From: Spongospora subterranea f. sp. subterranea
Taxonomy: Eukaryota
NCBI GenBank assembly: GCA_049724395.1
Contig: JAUGWO010000023.1
Coordinates: 310,001 to 374,000, forward strand
Direction: 5' to 3'
Length of the DNA: 64,000 nt
How positions within the stretch are numbered: position 1 is the first letter of the stretch; each line of letters starts with the position of its first letter. The notes under the pieces were generated by a model that saw only the letters and a list, made by a program, of their open reading frames with translations, ran no database searches and had not been told where the DNA came from. Positions 1 to 14,200 of the stretch are shown one piece after another. The position numbers and the translations under genes are program-made.

Positions 1-3000
1 AGCACATTGTTAGGACGGCGCCCGGGATTTCGTAATTCGCGGGATGGAATTTTCGCCGGATTCAGCGAAACTGGCAATTGCCCAAAGCGACAATTGCCTG
101 CTGGTATACAATCTTGGCGATCGCTGGGACGATCGTAAAACGGTCTGCAATAAGTTCGCGAGTAAAAGTCCAGTGACCTGCGCGTGCTGGCCCGGTCAAC
201 GGCCCGACGAGATCGTGTTCGGCACCGCTGAAGGGAAGGTCAAGGTCGGTATCCTGCACAATAACAAGACGGCCAACCTGTTCGACGCGGACAGCTTTGT
301 GACCAGCGTGGCGTCGGGCCCCGACGGGCACAGCATCGTCAGCGGCCATCAGGATGGCGCCATCCACCGCTATTCCTTCCCCGATGGGGCCAGTCGCCCC
401 GCCTCCAAAGCCCTCGTCGTCCGATTATTCGTACGTGCCGTATTGTCTGGCCTGGGGGATCCATATCGTGGCCGCCGGCAACACGAGCGCCGTCCAGTTC
501 ATGACGGCCCAGGGCGACGTCGTGCATCGGGTGAAATTCGACCCGGGCGATGAGGTTCGCGAATTCACGTGCGCCGCGTTCACGCCGAGCGGTAAAGCCG
601 TCGTCATGGGCAACTATAACCGATTCTTCTCGTTCTCGTATAACGAACCGTCCGCCCGGTGGGAGCGGAAACCGTCGCCCAAGATCGACAATCTGTATTC
701 GATCACGTGTTTGCGATGGAAAGGGGACGGATCCCGTTTGGTGACCGGATCCATGGCCGGGGCTCTTGACGTATTCGACTCGTGTCTTCGACGATATATC
801 TACAGGAACACGTTCGAGATCACGTTCACTGGTCTCAGCTCGGTCATCGTCCGGAATCTGACGGATCCCGCTCAGTCCCTTGCGTCGATCGCGTCCAAAT
901 CCGGCAAAGAGCTGGTCAATATCGAGATTGTCCAAGGACGGTGGGTCTTCTAGGGTTCTCCCTCGATCATCCAATCCCTGATATAGTGTGTGTGTATTGG
1001 ATCAGGTTCGTGACGGCCCGCACCACCGATACGATCGTGATCTCGGATATGGCGAGCGGTAAGACGAGCGAGATCAGGGGGCTGGCGTCGGCCAGCGATA
1101 CCCCTCGATTCGCCTTCACAACCCCCGATATCGCCATTGTATATGTGGCCGGCGAGCTGTCCATCGTAAGAAACACACACAAAAAACCGTTCCTCTCTGC
1201 CCGGTCTCGACACCTTTTCCACCGTTTTTTCGTGTTCCCGCGATTGTGACGGTGATTGGTTCCGGTTCAGATTGTGTTAGGGAGCGATGACGTCCTGGGA
1301 TCGTGCCGTACCGAGCACATGTCGACCGCCCTGGTCAGCTTGCGAATGGCCGAGGGGCGCGGGCGGCACGCGGCTCCCGTTCGCCGCATCGCCTACCTGC
1401 TCGACCTTCAGACGATCGTGGTCCTGGACCTGGACCGGTTCACGACCATCACCAGCGTCAACCACGATTGCGATATCGACTGGCTCGAGCTGAATCCTGG
1501 CGCTACCATCCTCCTGTTCAGGGACGTTCGCCGCATTCTCCATCTGTACCATATCGAGCAGCAATCGCGCCGAACGATGACCTCGTTCTGTAATTACGCT
1601 CAATGGGTTCCCGGTGCCGACGTCATCGTCGTCCAGAACCGATCGAACCTGCTGGTTTGGTATAATGTCGACCATCCGGATCAGATGACGACCTTCCCGA
1701 TCAAGGGCGATGTGACACAGATCGAGCGCGGGAACGGCCAGACCCGCGTCCTGGTCAACGAGGGCGGATCATCGCCCAAGGCCTATCCGCTCGACGAGGC
1801 GCTGATCTCGTTCACGGGCGCCATCGACAGCGGTCAGTACGAGCAGGTCGTGACGGCGTTGGAGCGATTGGAGGAGGAATCCCCCGATAGCGAGGCGATG
1901 TGGTCGCGGCTGAGCACGTTGGCGTTGGCCGATGGGAACCTGATCGTGGCCGAGAGGTGTTTCGTGGCGCTGGGCGATATGTCCAAAGCCAATTACCTTC
2001 GTGAGCTGATCGATATGACCGAACGGTTCGGGCGGGAATCGTTCCAGGTCGAGGCGCGTTTAGCGCTGTTGAACGGGGAATCTGCGAGGGGCGGAAGCGA
2101 TTCTATTGAGTAATGGGCGAGTTGATGAGGCGATCGATATGTATATCGAACTGCATAAATGGGATTCGGCGATCGCCATCGCCGAGACACGAGGACACGA
2201 GGGCCTGCAGAACCTGCGAGATCGGTATTTCTCGTTATTGGTGGAGAGCGGGCAAGAGGTGAAGGCGGGCGAGGTCAGGGAACGGGAACGGGATTACGTG
2301 AAGGCAATCGAGCTGTATGTGAAAGGGGGGAGCGGCGGACGGGCGGCCAACATCATCATCGGGCAAGGGATGACCCATGATCTGGGGCGGATCGAGGAGG
2401 TGATCCAGTGCCTGATCGGCCATGGGCAATACGAACGATGTGGGGAGTTCATGCAGGAGATGGGGATGGTCGACCGCGCCCTCACCGCCTATCGTGATGG
2501 ACACGCCTACGCCAGGGCGGTCGACCTCTGTCGCCGCCTGTTGCCGGCCAAGGTGACGCAGATCGAGCACGATTGGGGCGCCTACCTGGTCACACAGAAA
2601 CAATGGGACGCCGCCTCCAATCACTTCTTTCATCGAATCGGGGTCGTATACGGAGGCGATCAACGCGGCGATCGAGGCCAGACAATTCACGAAAGCGGCA
2701 CAGATTCTGCTCAATATCGATCACGACACCGCTGTTCCATATTTCCGTCGTATCGCCACCCATTTCGCCAACGTCGGCAATCGACCCGAAGCCGAGAAAT
2801 ACCTGATTCAGAGCGGTCTCGCTGGTGAAGCGGTCCAGATGCACATCAAGGACGGGGCGTTTGACGACGCCAATCGTGTGGCGAAGAGCGCGCTGTCGAG
2901 TGCCGAGATGAGCACACTTTACACGAATATCGCTCAGACAATGATCGCCAACGGATCATGGACAGCCGCCGAACGCCTGTTCCTGGCCATCGATCAGCCC

Positions 3001-6000
3001 GATCGGGCCATCGATATGTATATGGCGTGTGGACAATCGGATCACGCTCTACGGTTGATACAGCGTTATCGTAAGGATAAACTCCCAGAGACGTTAACGC
3101 TAATCGCTCGTCAGGTTTTGGACCAATCACTTTCGTTTTCATTCCAAATCCACATCGTTATCGCCATTCCATTATCTGTTCCATAGTTGATTGATGAGAT
3201 TGTTTCCCCCTTTCCCCCTCTGTTTTCCCCCGTTTATCGTCCAGACCACAATGGCGAACTGTGTTTCTGTTTTGTGCCGAATTTCCATTTCAGAAAACGA
3301 CACGAAGACCCGTTAACTGACGACGTTAATGGTGATAGGCGATTCGAGATGGGAAGACGAGCGAGGCGGAATCATATCTGGTTAAAGGCGGTCAATGGAA
3401 AGAGGCGGTCGACATGTATGGCGAGCGAGGTCAATGGGATGACGCCATGCGTGTGGCCCGAACCGGTGGCGGTATCGCCGCCTACGAGATCGTCGCCTGT
3501 GCCTATTCCCGTACGATGGCGCCCGACGCCGCCCACACCTTCCTGCAGACACATCATCTGGCGGAGCGAGCGGTCGATATGGCGCTGGAACGGGGCGATT
3601 TCCAGGAGGCGTTTCGCATCGCCAATATGGTCAGAACACAGACCACATCTCCTCGTTCAGAATCAGTTCATTTCGCTTTTTTCTGGTTTTTCGCTGATCT
3701 CATGTTTTGTCCACCGGTTTTCGGGGCGTTTTTTGTATTCGGGAAAGTTTTGCGAAACGGATTTCAACGGTGTGATATTCGGAAATCAGTTTCCAGAGCG
3801 AGTTTTTGAGATTGAGTGATATTGAGGAGATGTGTTCCCGTCAATTGACGATCTGATTGATGATGATAGGGACGAATGGAGACGAAACTGGCCGAGATCC
3901 ATCTGCAATACGCGATGTCCCTGGAAGACGAAGGCCATTTCGACAAGGCCGAGGGCGAGTTCATCCTGGCGCGGAAGCCGCGCGAGGCGATCGACATGTT
4001 CCTGCACCAGAGGGAGTGGTCGAGGGCGGCGGCCATCGCCCAACAACACGACCCGATATCGCTGCCCGATGTCTATATTGCTCAGGGCGGTTATGCTGAA
4101 GAGCAACACAACTGGGTAATTATCGTATTCGCCCTCAACCGCTCTTTCGTGTAGAAATCCTCAAATCTCGACGTCGTATTGTCAATGGAAACAATCACAT
4201 CACTCACCCGTTCTTAAACACACGATATCTCACCAAACTACCTTAAAACTCACTGTGTTCTAATAGTGGGGTCTCTGTCGAAACTTTGAATGTGTTTTTT
4301 CTTTATTGAGATATAAATGTATTGACGATGACGATAGGGTGAAGGGGAATCTGCATATATCAATGCTGGTCGACCAGATCTAGCAATACAGATGTATAGA
4401 ACAGCTGGTGCCTGGCCCGACGCCATTCGCTGTGCCCATAATTTCCGGCCGCAATTGGTCCCTGAACTGGAGAGCGCCAAAGCGGTATCTGAGGCGGCCG
4501 CATCATCTAAATCGATATCTCCCTCTAACTATGGTATTTATCGTCCGCCCCCATTGATCGACACCATATCTTCCCCAATCGCTTTCATCCTTCTCCTCAC
4601 TGTTTTCTGTATTCCCCGATCGCGTTCCGTTTTTCTCCGATTTGACCTAGTTCTTCCAATATTCCACATTTGATCATTTGACTATTTGCGATGTATTTCT
4701 CCCTCCTTAACATGTGTTCTTCCTATCGTCCCTAACTCTCTTTACCCGTCTGTTCCACGTATGTTATATCCCAACAATACCGATCGTTGATTGACATCTC
4801 TCATATCGCCGATCGGGGGTTGGTCTAAACCGGCGCTCTCCCTTTCTCAGGTTCATCATCTGTCGAGGGGATCCTATCCCGCGCCACACAGATGTTGGCT
4901 GTTGGCCACACACATGGCGCTATCGACCTGCTCCTATCAGTGACCAAGGCATCGGCCAAGACCTATTCGGGCGATTATCTTGAGAAAGTCTGGCTGGAAG
5001 CGGTTAAGGTAGCCGCCTCCCATGCACCAGAACGGGTTCAAGAGGTCGTTATCGTCGCCGCTCGCCGTCTTGTCGATGTGCAACGACCGGTTCAGGCGGC
5101 CGAGCTACTTCTGGGCGTCAATTTGGCCCAAGAGGCGATCAATGTATATATTGAGGCGAAGGAGTTCGACCTGGCGATGAAGGTGGCGATGAACCAAGCG
5201 CCCCAGCTCGTGGAACACGTGGAGAAAGCCCAACACGGTGGCGATAGTCGCCTGGACGCGCTGGCCAATCGCGGCGATTGGGAGCAGGTTTACGATCTGG
5301 CCAAGGAACGGGGACAGCTGGAGAAATACCTGCTGATGCACGTACAGAAACTGGTGAAGGCGTCAGCCTGGACCGATGCGGTTAATGTCATGATTGTTCA
5401 AGGTATTGTCTGATATTGTCCATCGCCATCGGACCTGTCTTAACCGCCATTTCGTTATTTTAACTTCTCTATATCAACTGTTCAGCATTAGCTCTATTTG
5501 TTGTCGTTTTTCGATCTCGTTTGGGTTCAAATCCTCTTCCGATTTTGTCAAATCCCGACATTTGTTCAGCAATTGTTGATATCAGTTGTGTATTCGGTTG
5601 TCCCAAACTGGTTATACCCTGTTCAGGAGTGCCACGATCCGGGGAACATTTGGTCGGGCAGGTGGCGGTGAAGGTGTTGGGTGATGCGATAACTCCATCG
5701 AAACCCGGGTCTGGTGATGGTGGTGTTGGGAAATTACGGTCCCTGATAGAGAAGGCGATCCCTGTCGCATCGGACCCTGAGGCGACCACACTAAACCGCC
5801 TCCTGTTCATCGCCCATCTCCTCTGCGTTCGTCATCAAGCGGACGCTGTCGGATTGAAGCGAGTCGTGGCCAAGATTGCCATCTCCCTCCTCAGGTAAAC
5901 CCAATCCTTTCCCCACATTCGTTCAGCCAATGGGGGTCTTGAACGGCTCCCGAGGTCGACTCCTTTTTCGAGTCCATTGGTTCGTCGAGAGCGGAGGAGT

Positions 6001-6906
6001 TAGCTGATTGGTGGTATGAGTTATATAGGTATAGTGGCGATATTCCATTGGACAAGGCGTTCTACGAAGCCGGTCGGGCGTGTCAAAATGCCGACCTGTC
6101 CAATATGGCCTTCGTATTCTTCAACCGGTTTGTTGATATATGTGATATGGCCGATGATCCCAGTCACGATTCGATTGACAATTCCGATTTCGTCGAGACC
6201 GATATTCCACCACCGTAATGACCACACACACATTCATCGAATTTCCCCCGTTCATTACACAGTTGTGTTGTTCTCGACGAAACGTTCTCGTTTGAGTTGT
6301 TGTTGGTATTATGGGCCCCGAACTGAGGTTGCGATGGGATCAGGACGGCGGCAACAATACCAGAGGTGCTATCGTATTCCGGTGAGGATCGTGAGGCGGT
6401 CCGAGAGATGGTCCTGGAGACGGCCATGACCAATACCGGTAGCCAATCCCTCACCCAACGCACCTGCGAATCCTGTTCGGCCAGTACATATGTTGCCGCT
6501 CTCACATGTCATCAATGCAGGCGAACTCTTCCTCCATGCATTATTACAGGTCTCCCACCCATTCTCTCCCAGCATGTTCTTTCGCCCATTTTCAGTTTTG
6601 TTTTCGTATTCTGGCGCTTGTTCAAAGTCCACATTACTTTGCCGGAAGGTGAAGTCTTTCAAAATTCTATCGATCATTACAGCGGAACGGCGATTTGTTC
6701 TTCATGAACGGTTTGATTTGTTGATTATTGAAAACGGCTGATCGAGTGTTTGTGCTATTTTCACTTTAGGGTATCCGGTTCTGGATTGCTCTAAGGTCGA
6801 ATGCGGATCGTGCCATAAACCATCGAACCGGGACGATTGGAATCGTTTCGTGACGAAGACCAAGGTGTGTGCCTGGTGCAGTGCAATCTCAACACCATTC
6901 TATTAA
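1..6906 (+). CDS. IFT172: Intraflagellar transport protein 172 (WD40 + TPR + C-terminal Cys-rich domain), 5'-partial, multi-exon
   Basis: FSPDSAKLAIAQSDN...VYNLGDRWDDRKTVCNKF, CRTEHMSTALVSLR, IAYLLDLQTI, YAQWVPGADVIVVQNR, IHLQYAMSLEDEGHFDKAEGEFILARKPREAIDMF and the C-terminal PCIITGYPV...CAWC are characteristic of IFT172. GT-AG introns; stop TAA at 6904-6906; three apparent +1 frameshifts (~425, ~2090, ~2629). Confidence 0.96.
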
Positions 6907-7078
6907 CAGCACCAATTACGATCCTCGAAACTAATCGAAAACATCATATATAAATTCTCGATAACGCATTCTTATCGCCACGTTCTGAGTGGCCGACCAC
7001 AACAGGTTAGTAAATAGATAGATTGCGATTTACTTTTTTACAATTGATATTTTCGAGAATGACTGAAAGCGCCTATTT

Positions 7079-9057
7079 TTAATCGTTGGGATGAGGCGAT
7101 AAGTCCATATTGGTGAGCTCCTCCAGCTCTGAATCCAGTTTCGCGTATTGCAGTGCTAGGCGTCGATCTTCATATGTGATCCAGTTGAAAGCTATCACCG
7201 CTAGAACACATACAATTTCAAAAGTGTCACAACAGCGCGATAAGTAGTGCAAAGGAACAGCAATGAGAAGAATCTAACTCGAAAACATGAACAAATAACT
7301 CACCTACGACTGACAAAATGCTGCCACAAACGTTGGTAGTGGTAGGCTTGAAATCCAGCCAAGTAGCCGAAATGACAATGGTGGTGAGCAACTTCACGAC
7401 CCCAGCAACGCATAGGTTCAATGCTGACGACCACTGGATAATGATCAGCTCGATCATATTCAGCAAAAACGCAAACAGTGCACCGAAAGCCAACATCAGC
7501 ATCGTATACGGCGCCTGGCCTACCGAAAGACGTCAAAACTCGAAAACAGTTTTGAGTTGTTAATCAACAAGGGAACTTGAGAAATGTTCAAAACGTATCG
7601 TAGGAAGGAAAACTTCTGCCTAAAAACCGTCAAAAAATGTCGAACTGTATTTCATTTGAGCCTTAAATTGGACACAGAGTAAAAACGAAAAAATTAACAA
7701 GAGCAAATCAACAATGCTTTCTCAATTGAGGAAAAGCAACGAACAAAGAGAACAAAGAAGTGAAGCAAAAACATGGAACCTCGCGAGACCCATGGCGAAT
7801 CGGCAAGGTGCGAGGCCTCAAATATGAAAAAAGGAGCGAGTAGAGCCAGCGTAGCACTCGATGCAAGATACATTAAAGATAGCGTTGGATGCAGTCTCTC
7901 TTTTCCAGCAAGCAAGCGTTGAGTTAGCACCAATTTCGCCGCACCTGTGTCGTCATTCATCAGATCAAATGACGGGTGACCTTGGCCATTGTTGCTTTCA
8001 ACAACTAGCAATGGTGAATCTATGACTGAATATCTTGAGATGATTCCTCTGAAAACTGAAAAAAAAATGACAATAGATTGAACTACAGTGTTTGTAAAAA
8101 AACAACCATCGAGAATTCGGCAAACAGTTTGAATAACGCATTATTTGACGAAGGTATGTAGGACCCAAAGCGTGGTCAGCGATTACCGCAAAATGTGGCG
8201 GCGGATGCGGCAATCAAGGCGCTCAGTTTCAGGGTGAAATCGCCGATCGTTGTCATAACAATTCCGAAACAAAGGACGGCGACCACGATCAACTTCCTTC
8301 TTGAGATCGTCTCTTGATGTGCCACGATCCCAAAAAAGAGGACCAGGGCAGGAATTCCTGACTTTACCACTTCCGTCAACGCCACAGATGACAGCCGAAA
8401 CGACAGATTGGTCAGAGTGATGTCAAATCTGAAGGAACAACTCTTAGATTAAACGTATAGACTCGAATACACAAGTCAAAAAGGTGAATGGATTATAATT
8501 GAGAGATGTGAAGAGAAGTAATGACAGACCCGAAGAGAGCGCCCAAAGGAAACAATTGGGAAAGGAAGACGGTCAAGGTGATGTTGGCGGGCCAGTATTT
8601 GCAGGCGGTGACGTCCGATTGATCGCGCAGGCATGTGTAGCAATATAGAGCGGCGAAACATGTGTTGAACAAGGAGTGGACCAGGATCATAGTGACCTCG
8701 AACCGGAACCCCCTAAATAACATCCACCATATGAGTTCCAGTAAGACGTCAACTTCTTGACAATCCAGTGAATAAACTACCAAATCTGCAAGAGCAACTG
8801 TAATAGTTGAGGAACAAGCAATGATAAGGATGGATTCCAATGATATATTCGTCATTCAGGTCAAAGAATATATATGTGTTGATGATTCTGTAGATGCAGT
8901 TATACCACGAGGAAAGGACGCCTTTGTTGTAGAACGTGAGAATGGATCCCACGAGTACATAAGCCCCCATGGCCAACAGCACGTGGCTGAAGGGCCTCTT
9001 AATCGCAATCTTTGTCGGTGAATGTGGGAACGATGATTTGGGCTTTGTCGCCCTCAT
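7079..9057 (-). CDS. Triose-phosphate/nucleotide-sugar transporter family (SLC35/TPT) protein, multi-exon
   Basis: SILTFYNKG, FRFEVTMILVH, VALTEVVKSGIPALVLFFG, KLVLTQRLL, IIQWSSALNLCVAGVVK; about 10 hydrophobic helices spread over spliced exons. Confidence 0.85.
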
Positions 9058-9514
9058 TGCGACAATCGGGTTTCAACGATAAAAAAACACTAAACGGCGG
9101 ACAAAGTGGGTCAGAAATCGGGGTGGCGCCATTCTTTTGCAGCACGGGGAGTACAGTAGGTGGTTAGACATTTACACTTGGTATATGGGTCGCGCACCCT
9201 ATCTCATCAGTGATGGACCTGATCAGCCTCGTCGACATGTACTGATTGTTGCCGTTAACTTGACGACCATTCCATCGAATGCGCAGACTTGAAAGCGCTC
9301 TTGGGTCATCCGCACACTCGTTTTTCGACTCGCCATCATTCACAACCGAAAGACGAGTGGCTTTTACGGAAATATTGATAATCTTTAATAAATCATGACA
9401 CCGGAACTCCATCTAGGAATATCTGCTGCTTATCAAAAAACCGTTATCCGGTCCGCTGCGACGGCAAAGGGAGCGGGGTAAAGTAGGCGTTGGATTATGC
9501 AACCTGCCTGTGTA

Positions 9515-10789
9515 TTATTTTTTTGTACGAAGCAGCGATATTTTTACAATCGATTGATCAATGCTGATCCTTTGGACTCGGTAGCAAACGGGCGCCTTGG
9601 CCGTTGACGAAAATACGGAGATCGAATCGTCAAACCATGCCAGGACGTCTTCTGGCAGTGAATCCCGCGTCAGTGATAGCTTTCTGTTCCTTGTTAGGTT
9701 CCCCTTCGATTTTTTCTTGGCATTTTGCGCTAAAGTGCCTACCATGTCGTATATAGTAGGACTGCAGGGTTCTGGCGACAACGACAGCTTTTTCGCTTTA
9801 CGTGCAACCCGTTTTGTTCTAGGATTTTTTAAAAACCCACTTCCTTCGATGTTGACCTCCACGCTCGGTACTTCCCGAAGGAATGGCAACCTTACCGGAC
9901 TACCCTGGAGTCTGTTCGGCTGGTCGTCTTCCGGGTGCTCACTGTGGTAGGAAGGGGACATCCCCCATCTTTGTTTTGCATCGTTGAAAAAGCTGGAACA
10001 TTCCAAATGCAACGAGCTTTTCACATCGATTGCCACTTGTTGCAAAGCAAGGGCTATTCGACGTTCGATGGTTTCTTCTATTTTCTTAGCAATGAATTCG
10101 CCGAGCATTGATGTCGATTGTGGAGATAAATCACAATGTTGCTGTGTCTTAACCTCTTCTGAACCCATTCGATGTTCTTTCATCCATGTCTGGGCGTCCT
10201 CTATGGCCCGTCGCCCATCGCCAATTGCATTTTGTGAGGACTGTGACACTTCTTGCACGTGCGATTTAAGCTCATTTACAATTTTCAAAACCTGAAGAAT
10301 GACTGGAGCATCAATGTCGTTTTGAGAATCACGGCGATTTGTCAGCCTGCGAGCTTCGACGATATTCTGGTAATCGCGACTGTGACGAATCCATATATCT
10401 ACCAAGCTTGTCGTACAGTGCAGTCCTTGTCGGCGGCATCAATGGACCTGAGGCTTGAACCGACGGTCCCGGTTTATTGTTCACCTACAGAATATTATAC
10501 TGATAGCAGATTCAGGAACCAAACCATTCATACCGTGTTTCGCTGCAAAGTTCCTCGGTACAGATGATCTCTTTCCTGAGAAAACGCAATCGGCTGAGAT
10601 TGCTGAGTAGGATTCTGATTTAACCTCAAAAAAAAATGTTGTTCAGCACCATCGAACCCATACCGAGTATTGTTGGCGATAATCCTGAGAACTACACAGC
10701 GGCTGGGATAATTGACTAGATTGCCCAATAGGTGATGCCCAGGCCTGGGATAGGTTCGACCCCAATTCCTTGCGAGATAACGGATACAT
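9515..10789 (-). CDS. Hypothetical protein, SQ-rich N-terminus and predicted central coiled coil
   Basis: ATG at 10789 (MYPLSRKELGSNLSQAW...), short GT-AG introns, then the 296-aa ORF 9515-10405. Exact 3' end uncertain. Confidence 0.6.
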
Positions 10790-11315
10790 GTCGCACCTAT
10801 TTACTGTAAACAAATGTGCATACAGGCGCTGACCAACTTACATAGCGGGCATTTGTGGCATTGGGATCTGGTCTGGCTTCCAGGTTGACAACGAGCTGTT
10901 CTTCATCGACATGATCGCTATCAATACGTGATTAACAAAGGGGGGATCGGTCTGTAACTACATAATAGGATATAGGCGATACTCAGAGTAGACACGTTGC
11001 ATAACATCATGACCGTCGGGCAACACATTACAGTCGACAATTCCACTGCGTCTTCACAATGGGGCGTCCGGATTGCAACTTGACAATGTTTCACTCAACG
11101 TTGCGCATATCGTGAATTATTCTACACGATTCGCCTCTCTGTAGTGGAGCTTGATAACGTTACACCGATTGGGTTTTGACATAATGGGTGATGCAATTGA
11201 TCCTCTATTCCATGCGATTTCGACACAACAGGTATCGTATCGTTTCACAGGAGGAGTCAGGGAGGATGACGATACAATCACGGGACATGAGCGTGTACAA
11301 TATGATGAACAATGG

Positions 11316-11424
11316 GAGTACGACAGGGGTGACATGCCAGAACCAACACTATCACTGTTCCAAATGAGTACGACAGGGGTGACATGCCAGAACCAACACT
11401 ATCACTGTTCCAAATGAGTACGAC
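11316..11424. repeat. 50-bp exact tandem duplication (~2.2 copies)
   Basis: GAGTACGACAGGGGTGACATGCCAGAACCAACACTATCACTGTTCCAAAT at 11316 and 11366, partial copy at 11416. Confidence 0.95.
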
Positions 11425-12340
11425 GCTGGCCATCAAGGTTAACACTACCAGGATTTTTAAATAGACGTTTGTGATAAACATAATGTCTGTGCCGCATGCA
11501 GATATTGTTGTATTATCACTTTTTCTACTGTCGTATCGACATACTTTGGTAAGCAAAAGGGCTGCGAAGTCCCCAGAATTCGGGTCACGTTGCTGAACTA
11601 GAAAAAATTGAAGATGCATTATTGAATTTTGAAGTTGGCAATTTGCTGATCAAGCAAAACATTTTGAAGCAGAGGCGGTGACGACCATGTTATTAATCCG
11701 AACAAAATGCATCTAGTGTTTCAAATCGATCGATATGTATAGCTGAAATGGATCATATAGGGATGGATGATAGAAACAAGTTAGATATCAAAGTTTCAGC
11801 CCAACTGACACTTGCCACCCATTCAAATGCATGGTTAAGATGTTGCACACCTTGCCCCTATCATATGTATATGGCAAACATGCCGAATACAATTCCCAAC
11901 TTGTCCTATAAGTGCTAGTATCGGGATGATACATGAAAAACAAAGCTCCTTCGCCAATAGGTTATTGAACTAATAGTGCCCGCGTTAACTGTGCGGCGGA
12001 CGGTTTTCGTCCCAATCGCAATGTTATAGCGCTCGTAGGCAGAAGAGGAACTGAGAATCGGATTTTGTACCTCATTTCCGTCGATTTTTTAAACCCAAAG
12101 GTGTCAGAAATGACGACCCAGGACATAGTCTCTGTTTGACAACATCCAACCTCAGCCGTTAACCAAACTTTGGCCAACATAAACAAGGTGACAAAGTTTA
12201 TTTGAACCCGTAGTTACTTACTTTGTTCGAGCTGTTGAATGTTATTCATGGTTTGTAATTTAATTTGTGTAATCGTCGGGTTTTATCAGTCGTCAAAATG
12301 AGGGCGCAGCTTTTCCGAGGAGTTGACTTCCCTTGTGTGT

Positions 12341-12455
12341 ACTGTACATACAAAAATTCTATAAACAGCACCTCCTACACTGCTGCCCACTGTACACTGT
12401 ACATACAATAGTTCTATAAACAGCACCTCCTACGGACCTACACTGCTGCCCACTG
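12341..12455. repeat. ~55-bp tandem duplication just upstream of ACBP
   Basis: ACTGTACATACAA..TTCTATAAACAGCACCTCCTAC..ACTGCTGCCCACTG at 12341 and 12396. Confidence 0.9.
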
Positions 12456-12514
12456 CACCATAAGTGGCAGTTGCCAGAAGGTGATTCCCGCAAATCCACT
12501 TAACCATCATCGTT

Positions 12515-12883
12515 ATGGGTGCTGACGTTGAAGGTAATGAATTCGAGAACGCAGTGTCCTACGTTCAAAACCTCAAGCCAGCTGGCAAAATCCAGCCGTC
12601 GAACACTGCCAAGCTGATGTTCTACGCATTGTACAAACAGGCAGTTGATGGGCAAAATAAGACATCAGCGCCATCCAGGCTAAAAGTTGTCGATCGTGCT
12701 AAATGTTGGAAAATAGTATTGAACTTTGTGAAGCTCTGAGATTTATGGTCTCTCTCGATAGGGACTGCATGGAGTAAACTCGGCAATATGTCCAAAAATG
12801 ACGCCAAATCCAGGTATATCGCCGAACTTGCAAAAGTCGACCCGAACTGGAAATCCAACAGCCAACCAAAATCAAAATTGTGA
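12515..12883 (+). CDS. ACBP: Acyl-CoA-binding protein, single domain, with C-terminal PTS1 (-SKL)
   Basis: FENAVSYV...KLMFYALYKQAVDG...RAKW|TAWSKLGNMSKNDAKSRYI; one intron (~12705-12760); ends PKSKL-stop. Confidence 0.93.
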
Positions 12884-13289
12884 GACTCATGATCACACAT
12901 TTTGTCACACTGAATTGTATTTCTTTGTCAATACAAATCGAAACATTTGCTTGTGCCAGCCCACATGAAAAATAAGAACAACCAGGAGCCTAGACATTGC
13001 TCAATGGAATGCTTGCTCCTTAAACGAACAAAAGGCAAAAAAATTGTCCATGTTTGCAAATATCAACAGAGTTGATGTAATGTGTATCTCGGAACTGAAT
13101 CATAGACGTCAAATAGACGATTTTTCAAACCATGAAGCCGATGACCCATATACCCAATCTGGAATTTTCCGGAGAGACCACGTACAAGTATAGATGTAAT
13201 GCACGCGCCTGCAATTTAAACGTACGGGAACGACCGAATAATGACATAATATTGTGACATGATACTGATACATATATATCCCTCCCGAT

Positions 13290-14200
13290 ATTGATAAAAG
13301 AACGAGGAAAGCATACTGGAGTCAAATTGGAAAATTTGTCGAAATACGTAATGCCTATTCTTATAACAAATTACCTAAATACCAAAGACAAACGGTTTGG
13401 AGCCAACCATGACGAAAATTACAAATACCTTGATACAATATTGGAAGAATGCAGATTGATCAATAATCCTGAAATTCCAACAAGAGGAAACACTCACTAG
13501 ATATCACCCTCGCCAATCGCCAGATGGCAAAGGCGATCGTAACATGGGGAGCACACACACTGAGTTACGCAGTGACCATTTACCGACAACAGTTGAAACA
13601 ACAATTAGGAGAAAATCAACCCAAAGGCTACCTCCAAACCGTCAAAGAATCCAAAGGATAGACACACAAGCGACAATGAAAGCATTAGAAGAGGAAATGA
13701 AAAAGATGGAAAACATAAACATAGAATTGACCGCCTTCACGGAACTGATGCAAAAGAGCATTAAGCACAATACGTGAAACAAAATAGATGTGAATTCTGG
13801 AACACGAAATTGAAGATAGCTTTAAGATTGCGAAACAAGCTTAAACGCAAACTCCAGAAAGCAATCATGAGAAGCAAAAGCTAACGATTTATTGCACAAC
13901 GACAAGCTGAAATGAGAAAAGCGGAGTTATCTTTTAAGAAACAATATCAGAAAGCGAAAACAGCAAGCCTCAGGACAGAAATTGACCAAGCCTGCACTGA
14001 TGAAACGGGAGTTAAAATATAGAAACGGGTTAGAAGAATCAGCCCACAAACCAACAAACGGAGAGAAAAGTTTGAAACCTACAGGGTCGATCCAAAAGAT
14101 GAAGTAGAAAAAATAGCTTAGAATTTTGAAAAATCTACAATGAATCAGACCTGAATCTTGATGAACGAGAGCAACGAGAGCACGATTTTACTCATTGAAA
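13290..14200 (+). mobile_element. Degraded non-LTR retrotransposon (APE endonuclease C-terminus and linker)
   Basis: INNPEIPTRG..DITLAN...LRSDHLP and FWNTKLKIALRLRNKLKRK; multiple stops and frameshifts; A-rich coding strand. Confidence 0.7.

Noticed and set aside
1..6906. IFT172 as a pseudogene, programmed frameshift target or foreign DNA (GC-richer exons)
   Set aside because: The protein is otherwise intact, the same +1 pattern affects other essential genes, and intron style matches the neighbours.
10800..12300. Short ORFs (e.g. 11151-11417) as a gene
   Set aside because: No domain signal, and the ORF is partly created by the 50-bp duplication.
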